From Verrucomicrobiota bacterium (lineage in GTDB: Bacteria > Verrucomicrobiota > Verrucomicrobiia > Opitutales > Seribacteraceae), in contig JAQBYT010000026.1 of the NCBI GenBank assembly GCA_027622665.1, positions 1 to 55,703 on the forward strand: a DNA stretch of 55,703 nucleotides, written 5' to 3'. Position 1 is the first letter of the stretch; each line of letters starts with the position of its first letter. Under the pieces are notes generated by a model, which was not told the DNA's origin, did no database searches, and saw only the letters and a program-made list of their open reading frames with translations. Positions 46,698-55,703 of the stretch are shown here, piece after piece. A program made the translations under genes and the position numbers.

Positions 46698-47813
46698 TTA
46701 ATGTCTAATGATATTATTATATATTTTAAATAACTCACCATAAACCACATTCTCAGAAAAATTTAATTTCAAATATCTAAGAGCTTCATTTGCTTTTTCT
46801 TTTGCTTCTATGGGATTTTTTAAAACATACTGAATTTTATCCGCTATATCCTCTGCTGAATGCTGTTCTATAAAATAGCATTTTTCATCACTAAGAAATT
46901 CGGTAATTGTGCCGACTTTCGTAGTAATCAAAGCTAACTCAGCGGATATAGCCTCATTAATTATATTTGGATGTCCTTCACCAGGATGAAAGCTCGGAAA
47001 GATAAAAATGTCATTTTCACACAACTTTCTTTGCACAAAATCAAAGTTTTGCTTGCCAAACCGTTTAATAATAAGATTAGGATTTGATTTAAAATCATTA
47101 AGATACGCTAAAAAAGAATGTTCCTCTTGCCCAATTAGGCTTAGCTCAATCTTTATATCATTTCCACTTGCCATATTACACCCTTCAACCAAATCAAAAA
47201 CTCCTTTCTTTTCATAACAATAACCTACAAAAACAATTTTTATTTCCCCACTCTGCAGGATTTCATTTTTTCGATTAGATTGTCTCTTTTTGATGGGATT
47301 AGGATGATGGATAACCTTTTTGCCAAACTGATCGCGTAAAGATCGGTGAGTGCTTCGCTGTTGAACTAAGATACTCTTGGAGAATCCTAAGATCAATTTC
47401 CAAGAAATCAGTAAAGGAGTTCTCTCATTACCTTCAGCAAATTTATTGAGTGAATTACCTCTAGCGTCTAACACCAATGGAATAGATAATATTTTTGCAA
47501 ATAAAGAAACAAGCAATGTTCGGTAAGTTGCAAATCCACTTCCTGCAATATAATGTATGATTGTATTATTTCTAAATCGAATGAGAAAAAAATATATTTT
47601 TACTAAGTCAGACACAAGTCGAAAAGGCAAAATGACAAACCAGAATTTGTTAAAATCTCGTACTGAATAGCTGCAATAATTATATTTCACCCCAGACCTT
47701 TCCAGAAAATTAACTAATCTTCTACTCGCAGTAATAACACCACCATATCCACCACCATACCCATTATGAGAACCAAATAAATTGGGTCCAACTATTAATA
47801 TTCTTGTATTTAT
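46698..47813 (-). CDS. Glycosyltransferase family 4, start codon uncertain
   Basis: KKGVFDL and FIFPS...EGHP..I.EA motifs. The frame is open to 47822 and carries the GT N-terminal RILIVGP...GGGYGGV segment, but there is no ATG/GTG/TTG before 47690. Confidence 0.75.
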   Translation of the reverse strand: MNTRILIVGPNLFGSHNGYGGGYGGVITASRRLVNFLERSGVKYNYCSYSVRDFNKFWFVILPFRLVSDLVKIYFFLIRFRNNTIIHYIAGSGFATYRTLLVSLFAKILSIPLVLDARGNSLNKFAEGNERTPLLISWKLILGFSKSILVQQRSTHRSLRDQFGKKVIHHPNPIKKRQSNRKNEILQSGEIKIVFVGYCYEKKGVFDLVEGCNMASGNDIKIELSLIGQEEHSFLAYLNDFKSNPNLIIKRFGKQNFDFVQRKLCENDIFIFPSFHPGEGHPNIINEAISAELALITTKVGTITEFLSDEKCYFIEQHSAEDIADKIQYVLKNPIEAKEKANEALRYLKLNFSENVVYGELFKIYNNIIRH

Positions 47814-47936
47814 GCTAAATTGTTATTTGTAAAACCTGAACAGATACTCACGATTGATTAATAATTATTAAGTAATAAATCGCATTTTATCTGGATAGCT
47901 TTTATTAAATATAAGTTCTAACTGAATACAATTATT

Positions 47937-49832
47937 TCATCTAGGAGCATTGTAAGAATAGAAATAAAACAAAGCTAATTGAAATAACTTCCAAACCTGA
48001 AATCCACTTCTTAAGCAATTTTCTTTATGCAACTCTTCTTCAATTAATTTTCCATCTAATGAAAATTCATCCAAAAATTCTTTATCCAAAACTAGGCTCT
48101 TAACAAAATCATTGATTGACGACCTCATCCATCTTTCGTAAGGAACCCCGAATCCACTCTTTGGACCGTCAAGAATAGCACTAGGTAAACGCGTTCGCTG
48201 AGAATCTCGAAGGATGATTTTCCTTTGAGTACCTTGTACTTTCCAGTTACTTGGAATATTTACTGCAAGTTTTACTACCTTTTCGTCTAATAACGGTACC
48301 CTTGCTTCAATACCTGCGGCCATTGCTGCTCGATCGACTTTATTTAGAAACTGGGAAGGCAGTTGAACCGTAAGGTCTGTTAAAAGCATTTGCTGCACGG
48401 GGTCATATTTTTGAAAACGCTGAGCGGCAGATCTATACTGTAAAAAAGGATCTGTATTAGAAGAAAGTTCTTTTCGCCGACCTGGATGGAAAAACTTAAA
48501 AGGGGAATCATCAGATATCTCCATAGTTAGCAAAAGAGCCATACGCATGGCAGGATCGGAATGCCCGATAGATTCTGCAATACGAGCAATTCGCTTTCCA
48601 CTTATACCACATTTACCAAGTCCATGTAACAAAATTTTCGGACAAAATTTTAACAATTTCGTGTTTCTCAATGCGGCATAGCGCCTGTAACCAGCAAATA
48701 ATTCATCTCCCCCATCTCCCTGAAGAACGACCTTAATCTCACCTGATAGCTTCCTACACATTAAATAAAGCGGAATATTCGCAGCATCGGCAAAAGGTTC
48801 ATCATGAGCTTTTGCCAAAATCTCAAAGACATCCTCTATATCGGACCCTTTGATTTGAAGTTCATGGTGATCTAGTCCTAGATGTCGGGCAACACGGGAA
48901 GCATTTGGCAATTCGTCGACGCCATTTGAAAAATCAAATCCAGCTGCATAGCTATGTAGAACCTCATTAGTCTGATAAACAGCTGATGCAGCTATTGCGG
49001 AAGAATCAACTCCGCCACTAAGAAAAATTCCAAGAGGAACATCCGATACTAATTGTCGACTTACAGCTTGATCAATAGTTGATCTTAAAAGAATAGCGGT
49101 TTCTTGTTTTCCACAAGTCTCTAAAGGCTGGTCAAGCCAATCCTCCAGTTTCCACCAGGATTCAATTTTCTGCTGACCTTTTTCGGCGATAATCCAATGC
49201 CCGGGTTCAAGAGAATGAACCCCTTTATAGAAAGTACGATTTCCATATGTGTTACCGTACCACATGTATTCAGAAATGCTTTGATCTGCTAAAGAGGTAT
49301 CAATACCATTAGGAGCAAGAACTGCCTTAATCTCAGACCCAAATGCCAAACCATGCCTTGAGTCTCCATAAAACAAAGGCTTCACCCCCAAACGATCTCG
49401 CATCAAAATTAATCGATGGAGCTTATCGTCCCATAAGGCTAAAGAAAATATACCCTCAAGTTTTTTTAGTCCCTCCATCCCCCATTGTTGATATGAATGT
49501 AAAATTACTTCACTATCTGAATTTCCTATCCAATTTTCATGCCCCAGCGACTCCAAGGCGGTGCGTAATTCTCGAAAGTTGTAAATCTCACCATTAAAAA
49601 CTAAAACCAAGCCAGATTCTTTCAAATGCATTGGCTGACTGCCTCTATCAGTTGGATCAATGACACTTAAACGAGAATGTCCAAAAGCAATTTTATCATC
49701 TATCCATATTCCGCTTGAGTCTGGACCACGATGAGATAACGAAGTGTTCATACATTTTATCTTTTCAGATATTTCTTCTCTGCTAAAAGCCTTCAGAAGT
49801 TTTGTGTTAAAAATACCTACTATCCCACACAT
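47937..49832 (-). CDS. asnB: AsnB-like glutamine amidotransferase (second copy)
   Basis: MCGI, HRGPD, LSGGVDSS, GDGGDELFAGY and RVPLLD motifs. Confidence 0.9.
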   Translation of the reverse strand: MCGIVGIFNTKLLKAFSREEISEKIKCMNTSLSHRGPDSSGIWIDDKIAFGHSRLSVIDPTDRGSQPMHLKESGLVLVFNGEIYNFRELRTALESLGHENWIGNSDSEVILHSYQQWGMEGLKKLEGIFSLALWDDKLHRLILMRDRLGVKPLFYGDSRHGLAFGSEIKAVLAPNGIDTSLADQSISEYMWYGNTYGNRTFYKGVHSLEPGHWIIAEKGQQKIESWWKLEDWLDQPLETCGKQETAILLRSTIDQAVSRQLVSDVPLGIFLSGGVDSSAIAASAVYQTNEVLHSYAAGFDFSNGVDELPNASRVARHLGLDHHELQIKGSDIEDVFEILAKAHDEPFADAANIPLYLMCRKLSGEIKVVLQGDGGDELFAGYRRYAALRNTKLLKFCPKILLHGLGKCGISGKRIARIAESIGHSDPAMRMALLLTMEISDDSPFKFFHPGRRKELSSNTDPFLQYRSAAQRFQKYDPVQQMLLTDLTVQLPSQFLNKVDRAAMAAGIEARVPLLDEKVVKLAVNIPSNWKVQGTQRKIILRDSQRTRLPSAILDGPKSGFGVPYERWMRSSINDFVKSLVLDKEFLDEFSLDGKLIEEELHKENCLRSGFQVWKLFQLALFYFYSYNAPR

Positions 49833-49900
49833 TTAATAGAGTCTAAGTAAAATTATAAGATATAGTTATGTACTGTGAAATCAATGAACTATAAATTAAA

Positions 49901-51268
49901 CTAAATTAATTTCAGTGCTAACCAAACTAGATGTATTGAAAAGACACATATTAAAGTAATGCTCAGAAACTGACAATAATTATTCCAAACATTTCTTACA
50001 CTTAAGTTTGGTATTAAACCCAAAATGAAAACAGGTCCCAAAAAAGCCCCTAGGTGTCGGGTCTCTAAACTGGTGCCTGCTATTGCTAATGTGAAACCTA
50101 CTACAACAAATAGGGAAAACAGTAATTGAGGTGTGCGACAAGACCTATCCATATATAATGTCCTAATAGATAAAAATAATAAAGGAATCATGAAGTAAAA
50201 ATAAATAACATTAAAAGACTTGAACAGATGATAGACCGTATTAAGCTGAAAACCTGACCAAAACGGTATTGGAAAAACATATAAGTAAACCGAGCCAAGT
50301 AGTAATCTCAAATGTGTAGGTTGATTTACAATAAGAGTCATTCCTAATGAATCTTTTGAATTAGTGGTTGAAAATGAAGTGGAATAACTTTCGTACGCTC
50401 TAAATAAAGTAAGATGTAACTTTGCTCCATAGTCTAATAAAAATAAATTTATTACAATAAGTACAATTGGTAAAAGAAATATTATAGATATTATTTTATT
50501 TGATTTTTTTGTGCAAACGAGAACAGAAGCAAAACCTGACGCAGCAAAAGCAATTGGGACAAATGAGAATTCTGCTCTCAAGAAACCGAAAGAAATAAAA
50601 GCTATAAAAGAACCGAAAGTTAAATAAAATAAGTCAAAATTAAACCCTGGTTTAGAAAGAAATTTCAACCATATATAAAGCAGCAAATTTACACATAATA
50701 ATACAAGTGAATCTCGTTGTAAAATTCCTGAAAAAATCCAAAGTAAACCGCAAGTAGATGTAAATAGCAACATTCGCTTAAAACGACTAGGATCAACACC
50801 AAACAAAAGTCTTGTTATTTTAAATAATAGAACTGCATTAAACGACATAAAAAGTACATTAACCATCACACCAATGTATTGATCTCGAGGAAAGCCAAGA
50901 ATTTCCATAATATTAAACACTGATGACCATATATATATTGCAAGTGATCCTTCTGATATTAAAGAAATTTCCAGCAATGATAAACCTTCAACTGCACCAG
51001 AGGAATTTTTGAAAAAATGCTCTGCGTCACCTTGCAAATCACCAGAGTAATTACGATACATTGATGAAACACTTGCCGCAAATAAAGATACGAAGAAAAT
51101 TCGATTATAGAACCGCTTTTCCCAAACCCCACCGATTCTTGGTAATGTCAGAATTAGTAAACCAAAGACATAATAAAGAAAAGCTGCTATTAAAGGTAAT
51201 AAAGAAATCTCTGAAATAAGCTGTAAAATACAAGCTAAAGATATAAGAAAAAGATTTAATATACTTAT
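49901..51268 (-). CDS. Polytopic membrane protein, probable Wzy polymerase; start uncertain
   Basis: About 10 or more hydrophobic segments, very AT-rich and located among GT genes. The frame is open to 51280, adding hydrophobic helices upstream of the first ATG (51061). Confidence 0.55.
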   Translation of the reverse strand: MSILNLFLISLACILQLISEISLLPLIAAFLYYVFGLLILTLPRIGGVWEKRFYNRIFFVSLFAASVSSMYRNYSGDLQGDAEHFFKNSSGAVEGLSLLEISLISEGSLAIYIWSSVFNIMEILGFPRDQYIGVMVNVLFMSFNAVLLFKITRLLFGVDPSRFKRMLLFTSTCGLLWIFSGILQRDSLVLLCVNLLLYIWLKFLSKPGFNFDLFYLTFGSFIAFISFGFLRAEFSFVPIAFAASGFASVLVCTKKSNKIISIIFLLPIVLIVINLFLLDYGAKLHLTLFRAYESYSTSFSTTNSKDSLGMTLIVNQPTHLRLLLGSVYLYVFPIPFWSGFQLNTVYHLFKSFNVIYFYFMIPLLFLSIRTLYMDRSCRTPQLLFSLFVVVGFTLAIAGTSLETRHLGAFLGPVFILGLIPNLSVRNVWNNYCQFLSITLICVFSIHLVWLALKLI

Positions 51269-51298
51269 ATTAATTTTACTCTATCTAAAAGGAATTTA

Positions 51299-52459
51299 TT
51301 AACTTAATAGTTTAAGAATTTCAATAGAACGATTTTCGACATGAAAAACTCGTGCCCGCACTTTTCCGAGATTCACAGCATTCATCTTCTTAACTTCCGA
51401 CCATGATAAAACTTCATTGACTGCATTTGCCAAAATGACAGGGTCATTGGGTTCTATCATTATCGAGTTCGTACCAGATAAAACTTCTGGTATCCCGTCC
51501 ACGTTACTTGCCACAACAGGAAGACCACAAGCCAGTGCTTCGGCAAGGACAAGGCCAAAGCCTTCAGTTCTAGCAGGGTGAACTAGTACGCTACAACAAC
51601 TCATAACTTCTGCTACATCATCCCGTAATCCCAAAAAATGTACATTATCTGCCCAAGGTGAATCTCGTAAATCAGATTGTATGGAGTTTAATAATACTTT
51701 GTCATTAGGATCTTCGCTAAAATCTTCCCGACCAATAAAAACCAAATGTAGTTCAGAGCTTAGCAGATGATCTTTCAAACCATAATAAATTGTATCTAAA
51801 CCTTTACTTCTGACAAGACGACCAACGAATAAAATACAGTCTGTGGATGGAGAGAGCCCAAGTTCTACGCGAAAATCAGAATGTTCAATTTTGGAGACTA
51901 TAGTATTTCTAAAGAATTTTGTATTTATACTGTTCGTAACGACGGGAATTGTGTGGTCGAAGCCCAAATAAACTGTCCAAGCTTTTGCTACAGCTTGTGA
52001 AATAGCGTAAAAAGAAATGTTAGAGGAACAACGCAACAACAATTTCCACAAATTCATTCTTAATGAACTGTCTCTACCACTGGTATACATTCGATGAATT
52101 CCTACAAGTATTTTGACCCTCTTATCAAATAAGGCTATCGAAGCTATAACAGAGGGGGTAAATCCTGATACCTCAATTGCATAGTATTGTTCTTTTGTGA
52201 CTAACTTTCTCAATCTTAAAATTGCGAAAAAAACACTAACTACGCTAGGATTAGTTTTTAAGTTCAAGTAACTGATAGATTGTACACCAGCTTCGTACAA
52301 TTTCTTTTCGACCGAAGCGACTCCTGGCAAATCTCGGGTATACTGACTCAACAAATGTGTGCTCACAAATTGCCTATTTAATTCAACCGCTAGTTCTACA
52401 GCCAACCGTTCATACCCACCCACAATGTGAAACTGAGTAGTAAATATAAGAATCTTCAC
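51299..52459 (-). CDS. Glycosyltransferase family 4
   Basis: GGYER, FVGRL...KG and EGFGLVLAEALACGLPVVAS.VDGIPE motifs. Confidence 0.9.
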   Translation of the reverse strand: MKILIFTTQFHIVGGYERLAVELAVELNRQFVSTHLLSQYTRDLPGVASVEKKLYEAGVQSISYLNLKTNPSVVSVFFAILRLRKLVTKEQYYAIEVSGFTPSVIASIALFDKRVKILVGIHRMYTSGRDSSLRMNLWKLLLRCSSNISFYAISQAVAKAWTVYLGFDHTIPVVTNSINTKFFRNTIVSKIEHSDFRVELGLSPSTDCILFVGRLVRSKGLDTIYYGLKDHLLSSELHLVFIGREDFSEDPNDKVLLNSIQSDLRDSPWADNVHFLGLRDDVAEVMSCCSVLVHPARTEGFGLVLAEALACGLPVVASNVDGIPEVLSGTNSIMIEPNDPVILANAVNEVLSWSEVKKMNAVNLGKVRARVFHVENRSIEILKLLS

Positions 52460-53703
52460 TAAGATTTGGCTATTTTAAAACGATTACGAATAGAACGGAA
52501 TCTCGAAAAAATATATACAAGAAAAATGTTTTGCCAAAGATATAAACAATTTAAAAAATAAAAAAACTCATTACAGAAATTGAATTTAGTATTCTTCGCA
52601 CAAGAAACCTTGGATTCATGTAAAATGGTCTTAACCATGCTGCCATAAGTATAATTTTGCGATTTCACGATATCACGATGGGCATTTTCAACCATATCCA
52701 ACCTAGCAGGTTCATCGTGCATTTGTACTAAAACCTCACTAATATTACTAAAGTCCGGTTTAAGTGGTATGTAGTGAACATTGGGTTTCAGAATACCGTT
52801 ATAATCACCTTCAAGTAGAACTTGTGCGGTACGGGTCAAACAAGCCTCCAAATGACGAGGTGAAAGAGCAACCACATTTACTTCGCCTTCCTTTTCAATT
52901 GGCACACAATCACTAATCAAATCATCAAAGCTCGCTTTAGGATTTTTCTTTTGATAATTTGTAACCCTGTCCAAAATAGTTCCGTCCCAGTCCAAAATAC
53001 GACTTCCACCTTCTACTCCTAACGTAAAACGGCATTGGCAAAGAAATTCAAGCCACTCATTGCCCATCTTGAAGTATTCTGCACCCACTTTAATATCAGT
53101 TGTAAAACCATGACAAATTGACTTATCCAAAAAGATTTCAGCAATTCTTGCTTTTAAGAGATTAAAACGACCCCAAATTGCGGTTGAAACAGTCCTATAA
53201 CCAATATCCAAATGTCGATTTGAATTTAATGATCTATCTTTCCATGATTCAATTAGAGATTCATCTAAATAACCAGTTAAAATCTGAACAAATTTAACTT
53301 CACTAGAAAGCACCGTGCGATAAATTTTTTTCCATTCACTAGATGGCGCTACAGAGAAAATAAAAGTGATTCCAAATTCATTAATAAATTCACAAAGTAT
53401 ATCCATGCAAGTAAACTCATCCTGAGGTAAGCAAACCTTAACTGAGTTATTAAATTTTAAAAAATTAAATTTTGCGAGAATTCTTTTAAACCTTTTTCTT
53501 TCAAATCTAGCACCTACAAATGACCAATCATAAATAATCAAATCAAACTTAACATGTTGTAGATAATTAAAAAAAGATCCAAATCCTACATTATAGTAGT
53601 ACATATTAGAATTTTGTATGTATTTCTTAAACGACCATAAATGATTAGTCTGCGATGAACGCATAGGCCATGTTCTTGTACAATAAAGGATTAAAACATT
53701 CAA
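52459..53703 (-). CDS. Uncharacterised glycosyltransferase-like protein, paralogue of 20713-22020
   Basis: QDEF, LTGYL, RHLDIGYR, W.EFL..CR.TLGVEGG, LSPRHLEA and HYIPLKPDFSN motifs. Confidence 0.55.
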   Translation of the reverse strand: MNVLILYCTRTWPMRSSQTNHLWSFKKYIQNSNMYYYNVGFGSFFNYLQHVKFDLIIYDWSFVGARFERKRFKRILAKFNFLKFNNSVKVCLPQDEFTCMDILCEFINEFGITFIFSVAPSSEWKKIYRTVLSSEVKFVQILTGYLDESLIESWKDRSLNSNRHLDIGYRTVSTAIWGRFNLLKARIAEIFLDKSICHGFTTDIKVGAEYFKMGNEWLEFLCQCRFTLGVEGGSRILDWDGTILDRVTNYQKKNPKASFDDLISDCVPIEKEGEVNVVALSPRHLEACLTRTAQVLLEGDYNGILKPNVHYIPLKPDFSNISEVLVQMHDEPARLDMVENAHRDIVKSQNYTYGSMVKTILHESKVSCAKNTKFNFCNEFFYFLNCLYLWQNIFLVYIFSRFRSIRNRFKIAKS

Positions 53704-53709
53704 AAATAT

Positions 53710-54630
53710 TTAATTATTAGGTTTCCTAGCAGCGATCACGAAATGTGAGTGATTGTTAGCAGGAAGCCAAAAGAATAGTTTCTTATCTAGCCATCCAAAA
53801 AACTTCCAATATGTAACGGGTTGCATCGAGTCACGTTTAAACAAGCCAAGAATTAGTGAAGTTGGCCAATTAAAAAGTGGTACAAAAACTCCCATTTTTT
53901 TTATTATTATGTCACTAAATCCGACCTCTGATAACATTGCACGTAATGAATTTTCTTCATAAAGCCATATATCAGTGACAGGTGCGTCAGGAATGTTTTC
54001 CTTTTTTTTCTTAAGATGGAAAAAAACAAGTAATTTAATGATATTATTCATAATCACACTCTCAAGAAAAGCCGCACTGATAGTAGGTTCACCTGTCATC
54101 ACGATAACACCACCCGGTGATAAAATACGATAAGTTTCCTTTAAAAATGCATAGTTATCAGGAAGATGGTGAAGAAAAGAATTACCGTAAACTGCATCAA
54201 ATGAATTAGATACAAAACTTGTTTTAGTAATATCCTCTTTTCTAACTTCAATCTCGTGAGACTCTTTTAAACGGCTACGCAACACGAATATTGCAGTTTC
54301 TGAATTATCAATAGCAATACATTTTTTAAATCCAGATGTGGGAAATACGTTTAAACATAATGTTCCGGTTCCACAACACACATCAAGAAAAATTCTCTTA
54401 TTTTCAGGTACTATAATATTTATTTTTTCTTCAAAGTAAACACGCCAAAACTTTGTAATGGGAAAAACCAAATGATCGAAATAACTTGTTGGTAAATCAC
54501 GATTTGGGCGTATAACCAAATCTTCACCTTCACTGTTTAGCTTGTAGGGTTTTTTTACAAATTTTAAAATTTGTAAGTAAACACTTGGGTTAATTATTTT
54601 TTTTTATAAAACTTGATTTTTAGTACTCAT
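53710..54630 (-). CDS. Class I SAM-dependent methyltransferase with an early nonsense codon (may restart at TTG 54519)
   Basis: LDVCCGTG, FDAVYGNSFLHH and RILSPGG motifs. The in-frame ATG at 54630 is followed by TAA at 54604-54606 (codon 9). Confidence 0.7.
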
Positions 54631-54639
54631 ATGGGCGGC

Positions 54640-55077
54640 GGTAATGTGATGCAAGAATTTTCATAAATAGCACTTATAGAATTTGATTTGAAGGACTTAG
54701 TAATATGTTCTTTTCAAACTTCAATATTTTGCCCCGTAAATATTCTTTATTTTTTAATATCGAAAGCAATATTTGAGTCATCAACTGCAATGCATTTTTT
54801 GTAACCAATGGAATCTAAATTGTTTAAACAAAGAGTTCCTGTGCCACAACAGACATCAAGAAGAATTCTCTTATTTTCACGTACAATAATATTTATTTTT
54901 TCTTAAAATAAGACTCCCAGAAACTGGAAATACTAAATGTTAGAAATAACTTTCCGGCAATTCGGCATTATTTTAAATAACAAGTTCTTGGCCTTTCTCA
55001 CTTAGTTTATATTGCTTTAAAATGTAACTTCCTAACTTTTCTTGAACATTTTTGAATGTGTTGTACTTTCTTTTCAT
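54640..55077 (-). pseudogene. Degenerate, truncated tandem paralogue of the adjacent methyltransferase
   Basis: From ATG 55077: YKLSEKGQELVI*..ELPESYF*HLVFP, frameshift, KINIIVRENKRILLDVCCGTGTLCLN..GYKKCIAVD. Stops at 54973-54975 and 54940-54942; homology ends near the LHH motif. Confidence 0.85.
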
Positions 55078-55102
55078 TTTTTTGATATTAAATCAAATAA
55101 AT

Positions 55103-55703
55103 TCATTTAGCCTCGAAGTTTCTCAAAAGGTACTGATGTTTATTTATATTTTGTTTTATTATCTTTTTATTATTCATGGTCCATTGAATGGTTTTTTTCA
55201 AACCATCTTCAATTTTGGTATAAGCTGAAAAATAAAGCACATTCTTAGATTTAGCAGTTGATCCAAATCGTTTACCTGATTTATCCCAATCTCTAGCTTC
55301 TTTTAAATCAACAGGAGTTTGATTTCCGGTGCAATTATTAATCATAACTGCCAAATCCTTAATTGTAGTTTCCACTCCAGATGCAAGGTTGTAGGCTTCG
55401 CCAAGTTTTCCTCGTTCTGCACAAGCCACCAAACCTTTTGCCATATCTTCGACGAAAATAAAATCTCTACTAGCATTCCCACCGTTGTCTAAAGGAAGTA
55501 CTTCACCTGAAAGAGCCTTCCAGATGAAGGTTGGTATAACATTTCTCCAAACCGTGTGTGGAGTGCCTCGCCATTGTCCAGCACCAAGGAATTCTCTTGG
55601 TCCATAAACATTTTGGAATCGTGCCTTTACAAATGGAAATCCATACCGATTCCAATAGTAATTACCATACATTTCTCCAATAAGTTTAGAAATTGAATAT
55701 GGG
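55103..55703 (-). CDS. wbmF: Second WbmF-like SDR, 5'-partial
   Basis: Open to the window edge: PYSISKLIGEMYGNYY..PFVKARFQNVYGPRE.LGAG.WRGTPHTVWRNV, collinear with 22076-23140. Confidence 0.85.
   Translation of the reverse strand, partial: PYSISKLIGEMYGNYYWNRYGFPFVKARFQNVYGPREFLGAGQWRGTPHTVWRNVIPTFIWKALSGEVLPLDNGGNASRDFIFVEDMAKGLVACAERGKLGEAYNLASGVETTIKDLAVMINNCTGNQTPVDLKEARDWDKSGKRFGSTAKSKNVLYFSAYTKIEDGLKKTIQWTMNNKKIIKQNINKHQYLLRNFEAK

Noticed and set aside
1..55703. tRNA, rRNA, IS elements, prophage genes and an ops/JUMPStart element
   Set aside because: None was recognised by eye; the intergenic spaces are short and lack such signatures. tRNAscan-SE, Infernal and ISEScan would be needed to exclude them formally.

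Overview
Bacterial chromosomal window, probably from a marine Verrucomicrobiota (Opitutales-like) genome. That assignment is an inference from the Trp-rich C-terminal domain of the large secreted protein and the gene content. 1-4.5 kb: 3' part of a giant repeat-rich surface protein, then a glutaredoxin. 4.6-17 kb: housekeeping genes, almost all on the minus strand (aspartate aminotransferase, LolA-like, secG, parB, LysM, fmt, der, Lrp plus aminotransferase, NUDIX, gmhB, heptose kinase, galE). 17-55.7 kb: a mosaic surface-glycan island, entirely minus strand, in three parts. (i) A GC-rich block with close homologues of Bordetella WbmF/WbmG/WbmH, a WbpI-like 2-epimerase, an AsnB-like amidotransferase, three interleaved SAM methyltransferases, a PglK/MsbA-type ABC exporter and a WecA with a GAF-like tail. 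(ii) A 2.3-kb toxin-antitoxin cluster with intact and decayed modules. (iii) A bacillosamine-type pathway followed by an AT-rich, partly decaying second module that repeats the WbmF / methyltransferase / GT-like / AsnB logic and runs off the right edge. Family calls come from motif recognition only; no searches were run.
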